A DNA stretch of 64,000 nucleotides from Mobula hypostoma (Eukaryota), in contig NC_086097.1 in assembly GCF_963921235.1 (NCBI RefSeq), forward strand, positions 176,950,001-177,014,000. Reading direction: 5' to 3'. The position numbers were made by a program, and so were the translations under genes. Every line of letters starts with the position of its first letter. Position 1 is the stretch's first letter. The notes under the pieces were generated by a model. That model made no database searches. It was given only the letters and a program-made list of their open reading frames with translations, and had not been told where the DNA came from. Shown in pieces: positions 1-12,892 of this stretch.

Positions 1-86
1 GGATCCAACTCATTCTACAATCTCCCACTCAACAGACAACTCCTGACAGGAGATGGGACTTCGATGCTTGCACACAGAACCTCCAA

Positions 87-290
87 TACTTTATACTTTA
101 TACTTTATTGTCGCCAAACAATTGGTACTAGACCATACAATCATCACAGCGATATTTGATTCTGCGCTTCACACTCCCTGGATTACAAATATTAAATATT
201 AAAAATAGTTAAAATTAGTAAATATTCAAAATTTAAATTATCAATCATAAATAGAAAATCGAAAAGTGGGAAGTAAGGTAGTGCAAAAAA
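87..290 (-). mobile_element. 3' end fragment of a Rex1-type LINE subfamily with (tacttta)n tail on the plus strand
   Basis: Closely similar to 3602-3790 (tactttattgtcgccaaacaattg...tcatcacag...aaatagaaaat), and that copy continues into RT C-terminal coding sequence. Confidence 0.65.
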
Positions 291-3200
291 TAGTGTTCTG
301 TGATCAAATTTGCATACAGTTAAGTTTAGGTCTGTACACAGAACCTCCTATAGTGCATGCCAGCATAACTGAAGACCTCACCCGCTCCAGACATTCATTC
401 TTCTCCCTTCTCCCAGTGGACAGAAGTTACAAAATCCTGAAAGCACTTGCTGTCAAGCTCAAGGGCAGCTTCTATCCCATTGTTATCAGACTCTTGAACA
501 GCCCTCTTCTATGACGAGCTGAATTCCTGACCTCACCATCTACCTCATTATGATCTTATACTTTATCGTTTACCTGCACTGCACTTTTTCTGCAGTTTTT
601 ACACTTCATTCTGCAATGTTATTGTTCTACCTTAATATACCTCAACACACTGATCTGTATGAACAGCATGTAGGACAAGCTTTTCACTGTATATTTGTAA
701 TGGGACAATAGTAAAACAAAATCAATGGCAATAACACTCAAAACGCAGAACTGTTTCCCACCTGTTCTCAGTCTGAAGTTGTTTCAATGCCTTAGTAAGC
801 TGTAAAATATGAGCATTTGTTTATTATATTGTCCTCATTGAGTGAGTGTTATCAGATATCCCTCCATGTTAAGACATCTGTTAGCCAAAAGGAACTGGTG
901 CATCTGTAACTTTGATGAATGCAGTTGTTTAGTGTAGCTGCAGAGACTGGATAGTTTCATATTTCACCCAGACAGGGTATTAGTCACCAGCTTTGGTGAA
1001 AGCAAAAGGGCAGGAGACAGATTGAAAATTGAGAGAGATGAATAAGCGATCCATTATATTGTCCTGACAATTCCACTTTGTGACTGGAGTTCGCTTTGAT
1101 GTACTGATGACATTGGAACTCAGCATGTTTGATCGAACTGTCAAGGTAACTGCAAAAAAGAAATCATATTCTTCCACACCACCCAACCACGATTGCTAAT
1201 CAAAGGAGCAAAGTCATCTCACTAACCCCTTCCAAAAATTCATAAGTTCCAGAATGATTCCGAGATGTTGGAAAAAGTAATCCCACTATTTCAGAGAGGG
1301 GTGGTGAAAACAAAAACTATAGTTATCCCAGCACCGATAGCAGAAGAAATTCTAGAAGTTATTATTAAAGCATTGCCAGCAGGAAGTTCTGAATAATAAG
1401 AGGTTTTGTATATCGATATTGGTCTTGATCTATGTACTGAGATGCAGAGAAAAACTATATTTCTGTGCCATATAGGCAGATCATGAAACCCTGGGGAAAT
1501 GTGGTCTGATTGTGTGTTGGTTAACATGGATAGAATCACCTAAAGGTCTGTTTCTGTGTGTATGCAGTACTGTACATCTTTATGACTAATTTCTTAATCT
1601 TATTTAAGCTGGAAAGACTACAACGAAGATTTGCGAGAATGCTGTCAGGACTCGAGGGCCTGACTTCTGGGGAGAAGTTGGGTAAGTCAGCACTCTAGAA
1701 AACTTCTGCAGATGTATGGTAAAGAGCATTCTGACTGGTTGCATCTCAGCCTGGTACGCAGGCTCCAATACACAGAGGTTGTAGACTCAGCCAGCATCAT
1801 CACAGACACAACCCTCATCATCACTGAGGAGATCTTCAAAGGCAGTGCTTCAGGAAGGCAGCATCCATCACCAAGTACTCTCACCATTCTCATTACTATC
1901 AAAGAGGGGGGGCAGGTACAGTAGCCTGAAGAGAAAATTCTATGATTCAGGAACAGCTTCTTGCCATCCAACAGTCCATAAACACCATCTTTGCACTATT
2001 TATTTATTTTTATTGCAACGTATAGTAACTTCTAGCTTTTGCATCACACTGCTGTCATAGAACAACAAATTTCATGACATACAGTATCATTTTGATGTAA
2101 TAAACCCAATTCTGTGGTTTCTCTGAACTTTACTCCATGGTGTCTAGGAGATTGAGAAGTGATCTTATCGAATTGCATAAAAACATGAGGGTGAATGTAT
2201 ACAGGTTTTTTTACTCCAGGTAAAAGGAAAAAGAACAAAAGGGCACAGGTTTCACACGAGAGTGGGGAGAGAATTAAATTGGGCGATTCTTTCCACACAA
2301 GGGGTAGTGGGTGTATGGAATGAGATACCAGAAGAAGTAGTTGAGGCACAGTCAGAATCAGAGTTATTACCATTGACTTACAGGACATGAAATTTGCTGT
2401 TTTTGTGTGGCAGTACAGTAAAAATATAAAAAATACACAAAAATTGAAAAAAATGGTTAATGGACCGTACCGAGCTCTGATGGTTGTGGGCAAGAAGCTG
2501 TTTCTGAATCATTGAGTGTGGGTCTTCAAGCTTCTGCACCTCAACCTCAATGGTAGCATCAAACAGTGGGCATGTCCCAGATGGTGAGGACAACAGCATC
2601 AGGGAGGAAGTACAGGAGACTGAGGACCAACACTCAATGTCTTAAGAATAGCTTTTTCTCCTTCATCAGATCTCTGAATGGTCCATGAACCCATGAACAC
2701 TACCTCACTACTTATCTTTTGTATTATTCATTTATCTTTGTAACCTATAGCGAATTATGACTTGCGTTGTACTTCTGCCGCAAAACATCAGATGTCACAA
2801 CATACAGCGCATCAGGATAACAAACTCGTATCTGATTCTAATGTCTGCCTTTACCAAGAAGTGGGTTCTGAGACATGGGAAGTAATCTTTATTTTCCAGA
2901 ACTTAACAGTGGATGTTTTTCTTCTTTGGGTCTTATTGCCCAAGGGGTCAACTTGTTTTGGAGATATTAGTTGTAGAATTTCCATGGTGAATGAGTTGAC
3001 AATGACTTTGACAATATGACAATAACCGTGAATCAGTTGGCAATGACACCCCTTGGGTGATAAATGTGTGGTTTCATTTCTGATTAAACAGAAAGCAGCA
3101 AGTGTAATGAAATCATTTTAAAATTCATTCCTTGTTCTTTCCCGATTCAACAGCAAAAGATATCTGCAAACAAAGGAGACACTGTGCACATGTTAATGGT

Positions 3201-3601
3201 TGCAGGAAATTACTTTATTAGAGTTGATGAAAGAATAAAATACAGAAAGAAATAAAGTAGAAAAAGAGACAAATAATATTTATCAGCCAATCACTATTCA
3301 CTACACAATATGGTGCTGCAAGGAACCGCAAGTGTCTGACAGATTTTCCTGTCGCTTTCTCTCTCTCTCTCTCTCCCCCACCCCAACTCTTGACATTCTT
3401 GTCTCTATATTCTGCTCTGAGCACTATTTGCAACCCAATGTAAATGAAGATTCCCCCTTGCACAAAGAAATCACTCGTTTTCAGTCACCTTACTCTAATA
3501 CTTTCTCAGGCCGACTTGTTTTCCACCAACATTCCCATACCCCAGACAAACACCTTTTGTCTAACTAACTTCCATTTTGTGTTTCCACATTTTAGTAAAA
3601 T

Positions 3602-4120
3602 ATACTTTATACTTTATAATATACTTTATACTTTATTGTCGCCAAACAATTGATACTAGAACATACAATCATCACAGTGATATTTGATTTTGTGCTTCGC
3701 GCTCCCTGGAGAATAAATTGATAGTAAATATTAAAAATTTAAATTATAAATCATAAATAGAAAATAGAAAAGGGAAAGTAAGGTAGTACAATAAAACTGA
3801 GAGGCAGGTCTGGATATTTGGAGGGTATGGCCCAGATCCAGGTCAGGATCCGTTCAACAGTCTTATCACAGTTGGAAAGAAGCTGTTCCCAAATCTGGCC
3901 GTACACGTCTTCAAGCTCCTGAGCCTTCTCCCAGAGGGAAGAGGGACGAAAAGTGTGTTGGCTGGGTGGGTCATGTCCTTGATTATCCTGGCAGCACTGC
4001 TCCGACAGCATGCGGTGTAAGGACGGAAGATTGGTTAGTGTGATGTGCTGGGCTGTGTTCACGACCTTCTGCAGCTTGTTCCGGTCTTGGACAGGACAAC
4101 TTCCATACCAGGTTGTATGT
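3602..4120 (-). mobile_element. 5'-truncated Rex1-type LINE (RT C-terminus and 3' UTR)
   Basis: ORF 3751-4164 contains TTWYGSC..QDRNKLQKVVNTAQHI...LPSL. Same tail and 3' UTR as the copy at 87-290. Confidence 0.7.
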
Positions 4121-4689
4121 ACCAAGGAGGAATCAAACTTAATTCTTTCCTTACAGAAAGTCACTATTTTTTAAAAAATGCATGGATCCACTGACCACCT
4201 TCCCCCTACGTAAGATAAATATTCTGTTGTTTTTTGAGAAGGATAAAAGGGAACAGGGAGAAAGAGGTTACAGTCCCTTTCCTTCTCACGAGCAAGTTGC
4301 AACAAAACTGGAGCATTAACACAAGGAGAGATAGGAAGCAACAAAACTACGTGTTGCAAAAGAAAGGAGAGGGAGGAAAGAGAAAATTTGGAATACATAA
4401 AAAATCCCCCAAATTCTCTCAGGAAGGACTGATAGCTTATAAAATTACAAGAGACATACATGAGAGTGGACAGCTACTCCCTGTGGTCAAAATGTCTAGT
4501 ACCAAGGGATTTCTATTTAGGTGGAGACCAGTATAGTTCAATGGAAATGTGCAGGGCAAATTGCTTTTTGTTTTACACAGAGTGGTAGATGCCTGGAATG
4601 CACTACCAGGGTTGGAGGTGAAGGCAAATAAAGTAGCATAATAGAGTTTCATAGACAAACACCCGAATGTGCAGAGAATGGAGGCATCT

Positions 4690-4895
4690 GAAAAGGACAG
4701 ATTGAGTGAGCTAGGGCTGTTCTCTTTTCAGGGAAAGAGGATGAGAGGTGACTTAATAGAGCTGTACAAGATAATAAGAGGTATAGATCGAATGGATAAC
4801 AGGGACTTTTTCCCCAGAGCAGGAGTGGCTAATACGATGGAGCAAAATTTTAAGGTGATTGGAGGGAAGTATATACACACGTACATATACGCGCG

Positions 4896-4950
<55 letters not shown>

Positions 4951-4970
4951 CGGTTGGTACATGGAACAGA

Positions 4971-5014
<44 letters not shown>

Positions 5015-5200
5015 CGGTTGGTACATGGAACAGACTGCCGGGAGAGGTAGTAGAGGTAGATACATTAGAGACATTTAAGCAACTTTAAGAGGGGTATATG
5101 GATGATAACAAAATGAAGGGTTAGGAGAGATTGATCTTAGAGTAGATTTAAAGGTCAGCTCAATAACAAAAGGCTGTACTGTGCTGTAGTGTTCTATGTA
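4690..5200 (+). mobile_element. CR1 LINE 3' fragment interrupted by a microsatellite
   Basis: RLSELGLFS...RMRGDLIELYKIIRGIDR...WNRLPGEVVE is the CR1 ORF2 C-terminal motif. Confidence 0.85.
4891..5036. repeat. (GC)7(AC)n microsatellite with a duplicated (AC)n + 25-bp block
   Basis: gagcggttggtacatggaacagact occurs at 4948-4972 and 5012-5036, each time after an (AC)n run. Confidence 0.95.
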
Positions 5201-5319
5201 TTATAAACATAGGACAGAAGGGATTAATCTTGTTAGGAATCATTGGCTTAATTCAGTTGGCTCAACATTGTTCCCCTACTGTACTGATCTGCATTCTAAG
5301 ACAACAAACACTGTTGGTG

Positions 5320-5730
5320 TCCTTTCCGAGGCCAACATCTCCAGTGATGAGGAGGATATTACCTACACTGGGCAGGCCAAGTCATTCCCATGTGTTACAC
5401 CTGCATCCGAAAACAAACCTTATATCTTCAACTCTATCATGGAGAGAAAGTACCAGAACAATAATATTCAAGGATCTGCTAATATCTCCTTGAAAGAATG
5501 CAGCATCACAACTAACCCCTGGGAATCTCTGGCTGCCACGATCCAGAGAGTTGAAGGAGTGTTCCGAATGATATTGAGGACCTCAAGGCCATGCTTTGGA
5601 AGTAGCGGAATGAATGTATTTGTGGCAGAAGGAGGGCACCACCTCACACCTGTCCTACTAGTCACCTCCTGTGAAAGCATCCTCTGATCCCACTTGGACC
5701 TCACCGACCACTTTAGAGACCAGCAAACAA
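5320..5730 (+). mobile_element. Degenerate RTE-clade (BovB-like) LINE 3' fragment
   Basis: Frameshifted remnants LHWAGQVI / ISLKECSI..NPWESLA resemble the RTE RT C-terminus (recognised by eye). Confidence 0.55.
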
Positions 5731-6899
5731 GTTTCTCAGTCCCAAGAATCTCCCAAAGAAGAAGTTAACAGATAGGCTGGCCTGGCCAGGGCAGTGAGGA
5801 AATGTTGGATCCTTCTTACTAGGGAAAATATCTATGGCCTTTAAAATCCTCACAATATTTCTATATCCATTGAACTGAGCATGAAAAATGCTGAATAAAC
5901 TGTGCAGGTCTGTGGAGAGAGAAATTTAATGTTTGGGATAACATTGCGAGGGTAGACAGAATCTTTTTCCCAGGGTAGAAGTGTGAAATACCAGGGGCCA
6001 TACAAGCAAGATGAGGGGGGAAAGTTTAAAGAAGTGTGGGGCAAGTTTTTTTTGAGAAGGAGAGTGGTGGGTACTTGGAACAGGCTCCCAGGTGTGGTGC
6101 TGGAAGCTGAAATGATTGTGCTGTTTAAGAGCCTGTCATACATGGATATGCAGGAATGGAGGGGGTATGAATCATGTGTAGGCAGAAGGGATTAGTTTGA
6201 TTTGGCATCATTCAGCACAGATATTGTGGGCCAAAAGGTCTGTTCTTGTGCTGTACTGGTCTATGTTAATCATATATCAGAATTGAGAAAAGTGAAAATG
6301 CATATAAAATTCTTCCCACAAGTGGGTCTAGAGTCACTTACTGACTAGGACAGGTGGAATTCCTTCCAAGAGGCATGAATAAACAGGTAGATTTTCATAA
6401 CAGCCATGGTCACCTGGTACTGCAAAGGCCTTCTGCAGCAGATGCCTCCATTAACCTGTCGGGCAAATGTCCAAGACCTTGTTGGGCCAATTCATGTCAA
6501 CATCTAGTTCAACAGGGAGCCAGTACTTTGCAATTTCCATGCTATAGACTGAGTCACTAGAGTGTCTGGGGTTCTCTATTGGTTACTGAACCTAAAGACA
6601 GGATGCACTTCATCTCTGGCCCCTCATTATACCAGTAGCCATCAGCAGCATCTCATAGTAGAACAGAAATACCAGTTTTCATTAACAAGTTCAGCTAAAA
6701 CTTTTGTTTTCTTTTTGTTACATCAATGTTGAGTTCATTAGCAGGAGCTTAATCAAAATTGAATCGATATCATTTTTTTAAATTGATCAGTTTTTTGATT
6801 ATTTGCCTCAATTGTCATCTAGCAGTAGAAAATCCATTCAATCGATGGATCTTAAATCCATTGGTCTTAAGTCAATGAAATAACCCATTGACAGGGCAA

Positions 6900-7418
6900 T
6901 ACTGGGGGAGGCCATTGAAGTGGAGTGGATCCCAACCACAGGTTTTACTGTATGGTGGGAGGCGTGCTGATGGAACAGACAGTGAGGGGGTTTCTCTGAG
7001 CTCTGGAAAACCACTGACAGTAGCTGGTGAAGCTGACTGAGTCACTGAGCACACAGATCCAGAGCCAGGGCCGGGAGCTGATGGAGTAGTGGCAAAAGTA
7101 CAACATCCGGCTGATGAACAAGGAGGAGAGGCTGGCCTGCGACAGCGACTCCAGCGGCAGGACTGGGGACTCTGAAGTTTTGGTGATCTAACCCAGACCA
7201 AGTCAGGCTTCTCACCCCCCACTATCTTTGTGAGGACAGCAGGAAGCTGAGCCCAGGTAGCCTCTCATCTGGGGAAGCATTGTACCATCACCCCCGGACA
7301 TGGCTCCTGTAGTAGGTTGTCCCTGGGAAGCAATGTTACTTGGGCACCAATTCTGCATTAGACCCTTGTGCTGTAATATTTGTGCCTGCTGCTGGGATCA
7401 TTAAACTGTAAAAAAAAA
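6900..7418 (+). pseudogene. PFDN2: 5'-truncated processed pseudogene of prefoldin subunit 2
   Basis: Frame 6922-7191 reads GVDPNHRFYCMVGGVLMEQTVRGFL*ALENH*Q*LVKLTESLSTQIQSQGRELME*WQKYNIRLMNKEERLACDSDSSGRTGDSEVLVI*. This matches vertebrate PFDN2 (VDETRKCYRMVGGVLVERTVKEVLPALENNKEQ...KHNIRLM...GVLVS*). Four premature stops; ATTAAA at 7400-7405 and A9 at 7410-7418. Confidence 0.9.
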
Positions 7419-10400
7419 GGCTCCAAGGCTGCACCCTCCAGAAGCTAGTCCATCAATCGTGATACACTCTACTTGTGCATAGGCATGGATTCCAGTGAAT
7501 CTCCTCAGCACCATCTCCGGTAATGTCAGTCTCTGATAATGCATGTCCAGGCTAGGGACTAGAGATCAGAGGCCCAGAGGCAGCCTGTCCTGGGACTGGA
7601 GTCCTGTCTGTGTGTGAGTGGGTTGGCAAAGGGTTGTAGCTTGTGTGATTCTGCTGGACATTGTGGGCATGAGAATACTTGGTGAGCTTGCGAGTGGCCC
7701 CCAGCACATCCTCGGGTTGTGTTGGTTGTTAATGCAAGTGATGCATTTCACTGCACAAGATACATCAACGAATGTGAACCTGAATTCAGATCTGAATCTG
7801 AACTCTTCCCAAAGTTCTCTCCAGAGTACTCTCCATTTAAGGCCAAAACTGAGACTTAGAAAGCTTTAAGTAAATTCCATGTTTACTGATCAAAAAAAAT
7901 ACATATGCTCCACAGAAAATAACATCAGATGTTGGGAATATTTAAAGGTCTAAGCATTTTTGAATAAAGTATTTCCATCATTTCACAGTTCAAATAATTT
8001 TATCATCAAAGTACATGTGTCACCACTTACAACCATGAGGTTCATTTTCTTGCGCTCCCTTTCTTCCCTGCATTTATCCAGCTACCCCTCAAGCTAATTT
8101 CTCCTTGTTTCCTTGCCCTATTCCTGTAGGAGTGCACTTCACATTCCCACCTCTCACTCTCCATTCCCATGGTTATGGGGATAAATTGTTTCACTTAAAT
8201 TTCTCGTGGATTTACCAGAGGTCATCTTATCTAGGTAACCTGTTTATGAAATTTCAGAGAGAACGTATTACACATTGATGCCCAGGCTGGTCCATAAAAT
8301 GCTCTTCAGCCTAATCCCACCTTCAGCACGGATCCAGAGACCTACAAGTCATGACTTTCCGACCACTAACCCAGGCATAAAGTAAATGTAAAAGCCACTT
8401 CTGCCACTTCTCTAAGCTGCAGGTTTTAGGTGCCAACTCTGTGACCCACAGAAAGCAACCGATCCAAATGCATCACAGCTTGGTAAGGCAACTGTCAAGG
8501 ACTCTTTACAACTTAAGTTCTCAGTATTATATATTTTTTTTTATTTGCACAGTTTGTTGTTTGCCAGTTTTTGTATGTTAATGTATAGTTTTTTATAAAT
8601 TCTATTGTATTTCTCCCCCCCCCATAAATGCCTGCAAGAAAATGAATCTCAAGGTAGTATGTGATAACATATACAGACCTTAATAATAAACCTCCTTTGA
8701 ATTTTGAAACCTCTCTGCTCAGGAACACTAGAAACTGGAGTTGAAGACACATCACATAATCTACCCTTTAGTCCATAGACTCTGTTTACACTTCATGCAG
8801 TCTTGGTAAAGCAGACAAAAATCAAGGACTCCCACCCCCAGACATTCTGTTCTCCCGCCATTCCATCAGTCAGGAGATTCTCAAAGCTTGAGAACAATTA
8901 GCACCAGGATCAAGAACAGCTTCTATCCTGCTGTTACCAGACCCTCAAATGGATCTCTCATATAATAAAGATAAACTCTTGACCTTACAATCTACATATC
9001 CTTGCACATTCCCATATACCTGCACTGCACTTTCTCTGTAACTGTAACACTTTATTTTGCCTTCTGTTATTGCTTACCCTTGGTGCTCTGATGTGTTGAA
9101 ATGATCTGTTATGATTAACATGCAAAACAAAGTTTTCACTATATCTTGGTACGCGTCAATAATAAGTCAATAAAAATAATAAATTTTCAATTTTATCTTT
9201 GACAGCAGTAAAATCCCCTCACAGTTTATGCCTCGGTCTGTTCCTCAGAGAAAGAGTCTAACTTTATCAATCATCCTTTTACCTCACTCCAAGACTAGTA
9301 CATTTTCTTTTGAGTTGGGATGGGATACCAACATGCTAAAAATGATGCATTGCTTTTGATCAGGATGCCAGCATCTCCTGTGGAGTTTAAGTGAAATGTT
9401 AAAATCCTTTGATTAATTGGACAGACAAACTCTCACTCAGGGAGGCAGCCCTGACTAAAAGCCATTGGCTGATTTATGAGCTGCTATGGCACTTTGATTT
9501 TGTGTGAGGAATCCTGCAGAGGAATGCTACCAGGATCATCTGTTACCTTCCTCAGAGGAGAGCAGCCTCTCTACTTTCGGAAAACAAGCATCAGTGTACC
9601 TGATCACACTCCCAAGGTCAGCGTTGGAACTGAAACCTGCAATGTCTTCATTTTAACATTCCCATCTTCAGGCCCTCTATGGTACCAATTATCCTCCGAA
9701 CCAATGGTCATCCTAAGTTTAGATTGCTCATCACCAGCAGCCATATAAATAGAACATGGAACGGTATAAGTGCAGGAACAGGCCTTTCAGTCCATTGTGT
9801 CTATGCTGACCGTGACGTTAATCTGAACTAATCTCATCCTCCTGGATATGGTTTTTGTCCCTCCAAGCCCTCCCTGTTCTTGTGTCTGTCTAAATGCTTC
9901 TTAATCATTGCTATCATGTGCACTTTCACCACCAACCCCAGCAGCCCATTCCAAACACCCACTGGTCTAAAAAAAAACGACTTGCCTCACCTCTTTAAAC
10001 TTTCCCCTTAAAATGATTCCATCTGGTATTGGATGTTTCCATACTGTGGAATGACCCTACCTACCCTATACATGTAGGTCATAATTGTTTGACTTCTATC
10101 AGGTCTCCCCTCAGCTTCCAGTGCTCCAGAGAAAATGAGCCAAGTTTGTCCAACTTTCTTTATAACTGACACTCTCAATTCCAGTCAATAGCCTGGAAAC
10201 CTCAATGTGTTATGTATGGAATGATCTGTCTGAATGGCATATGCAAACAAAAGCTTTTCACCGCATTTCAGTACATGTGACAATAATAAACTAATTCAAT
10301 TAAATTCTTCTCTGGCCTAGAGGTTTGGAATTGTAAAGCACTAAGTTACAGCTGGTGAAAAATAGACAATAAGAATGGGAGAATATGAATATTTCAGACA

Positions 10401-10849
10401 AACTAGAAAAGTGATGCTAGACTTTGGAGCAAAATGTCAGCTTTGATACTCATGAGCTTCTGCCACATTTGATAGAAGGCTGCCGTGATGATAAGGCTCG
10501 TCACACCCAGGATTTAGCATCTTGGGACCAGTGTTGTTAAGTGTCGGTAAATCCCTTGCTGAGGGTTACATAGGAAGAAAATGGGCAAATGAAATGTTTG
10601 CTAATCCCAAGGGGTGGGATGCACTCAACTGTGAAGAAGTTACCACATAATTTCAGGGAAGACTGACTCCAGTATGTGGATGCACTTGGAGAAGAGGGAT
10701 CTGAGAAAGATATTTAACAACCTGGAAGAAAGCAGGTTGAGTTGATGGGGATAAATTATTCCCATTGGTCGAGGAGCCAAGAATAGATGACATGAGTCTA
10801 AACAAGAACAAAATTAACCTAGGAAGCCTCTCAATCAAGCTTGATTCTG

Positions 10850-11290
10850 ATCTGCCCAGTTCCTCCTGCATCACCCTGTTTCTTTATCCACCTCCACCAA
10901 CTCTGTCTGTCACCCACACACTCTTCCCACTGGGTCTCCTCTCCCCACTGTTCCTGTCTGTCCTCCCAGTTCTCTAGTTCCATTCTCCACCTTCCTTTCC
11001 TATCAGAATTCATCACCTTCAGCCTTTTGTCACCTCCACCTCTCACCTCAAAGCCTCTGTCACTATTCCCACTCTCCTCTCCTCACCTGGATCCACCCAT
11101 CACCTGTCAGCTCCTTCCACACCCCGTCTCTCCACCTCTTTATCCTCCCTCTATTATGCAGTCCAGATGAAGGGTCTTGACACAGAAATTGACTGTATTT
11201 CCCTCCACAGATACTGCATAACCTGCTGAGTTCCTCCAACAGATTGCTTTTATCTCTGGGTTCCAGTGTCTACCGTCAATTGTGCTTATG
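10850..11290 (+). mobile_element. Penelope-derived non-coding 3'/pLTR fragment with decayed hammerhead motif
   Basis: Pyrimidine-rich tract followed by gtccagatgaagggtcttgacacagaaattgactg (11161-11195) and atactgcataacctgctgagttcctcca, homologous to 51690-52121. Confidence 0.7.
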
Positions 11291-12590
11291 GTCTAACTTG
11301 TAGTTTCACTAAGTTAATTCCAAAGAATACTTAAATTTCTCTCATGTAGATCCAGTACAGGCTCGAGGGGATGAGTGGCCTGCTCCTGTGCTACAATCAT
11401 TTTGTGTTTCTTTTATTAGTTTGTAGCTTCCTTGCCATTTGATACACAGTCTGTTCACCAAGGAAAGTTGCAATGAGAATTCCTGCTTCACCTTAGGTTA
11501 AATGTTCACAGATGCTGTTTACGTTTTTGATTAACATCCACTTGTTTTCATTATTGAATCCTTTAGCTTGTTCTAGTCTATTTCCATTCTGACATCAGCT
11601 CCCAGAAAAGCCCAAACTTGATTCCACAAGAAATTTTGGAGTCCTCTCCAACCATATAGATGCCACAGCCAGGAAAGCACATCGGTGCCTCTACTTTCTC
11701 AAAAGGTTGAAAATTTCAGCTTGTTCCCATTGCTCGTCACTAATTTTTATAGAAGCACCGAAGAAAGCATCTATCTGGATGCATTACAGCTTACTGTTGC
11801 AATTGTTCTGCCTGAGACCACAAGAAAATACAGGAGGTGGGAATGCAGGTCAGCACATCAGAGAAACCAATCTCCCCTTCCTGGACATTAGCTTCTCTTC
11901 TCAGTGCTTTGGTCATTCTCTGTTCTCCCTCCTTCCATCAGGCAGAAGATACAAAAGCCTGAAAGCATGTATCACCAGGCTCAAGGTCAGGTATTAGACT
12001 ATTGAATGATCCTTTTGATGGAATCTTTACCTCAATCTACCTCATCATGATGTTGCACCATATGATCTGTCTGTACCACATGTTCTCTGTAACTGGAACT
12101 TTATTTGACATACGGTTATTGTTTCCCCTTGGGCTACTTCAATGCATGAACGAAACTTCAAATTCCAAATAAATTTACTATCAAGGAACATGTATATTAC
12201 CATATATTGCCTTGACATTAATTTTCTTGCAGGCATTTACAGAAAAATAAAGAAATACAATAATATATATGAACCAAGACTGACAATTGACCAAAGTGCA
12301 AATGATGACAAATTCTGCAAATACAGGTAAATAAATACTGAGAATATGAGTTGTAACAATTCTTTGAAAGTGAGTCTGTGGGTTGTAGAATCAGTCAGAG
12401 TAGTGATGATTAAAGTTCTGAAGCCCAGTTCAAGAGCCTGGTGGCTGTAGGGTAATAACTGTTCCTGAGCCTGGTGACGTAGAACCTCCTGCCTGGTGGT
12501 AGTAGCGAGAAGAGAGCACAGCCTGGATGGTGGGGTCCTCAACGATCAATGCTGCTTTCCACGTAAATGTGCTCAATGGTGGGGAAGTCT

Positions 12591-12875
12591 TGTAGCAATG
12601 TGCTACACACAGCGCTAGAATAACCACACGGAGTCGGTGAGTTAGAGTTGCGATGAAAGAGATTTATTCAAACTTCGCGGCCCGCTTTAAAGCCTTCCCG
12701 TTCCCTCCCTCCCTGGGCGGGACTACTGTGGGGAATGCATATTCCCAGACCCTTTCTGCGCGCGGGATTTTCCCCCTGCTGGTGAAGATGGCCTGGCGCC
12801 CTTTTTGGGGCCGGCCCTCTGCCTGCGCGCGCTGTTGTGAGCCGGTTCGTGTGCGCCAGAAAGTGGGTCGCCACA
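12591..12875 (-). repeat. 3' LTR of the gypsy element
   Basis: Direct repeat of 16686-16970 with about 10 mismatches in 285 bp (counted by eye). Confidence 0.97.
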
Positions 12876-12879
12876 TAAA

Positions 12880-12892
12880 CCCCCCCCCCCCC
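12880..12892 (-). promoter_or_regulatory. Polypurine tract (G run)
   Basis: C run on the plus strand a few nt inside the 3' LTR boundary. Confidence 0.85.

Noticed and set aside
980..1200. Possible host exon ending at caag|gtaact (~1145)
   Set aside because: No convincing acceptor site, no recognisable protein similarity, and no partner exons.
4669..5088. His/Thr- and Cys/Val-repeat ORFs
   Set aside because: Translations of the (AC)n microsatellite inside a CR1 fragment.
6872..7222. 116-aa minus-strand ORF
   Set aside because: Antisense shadow of the PFDN2 pseudogene with no recognisable domain.
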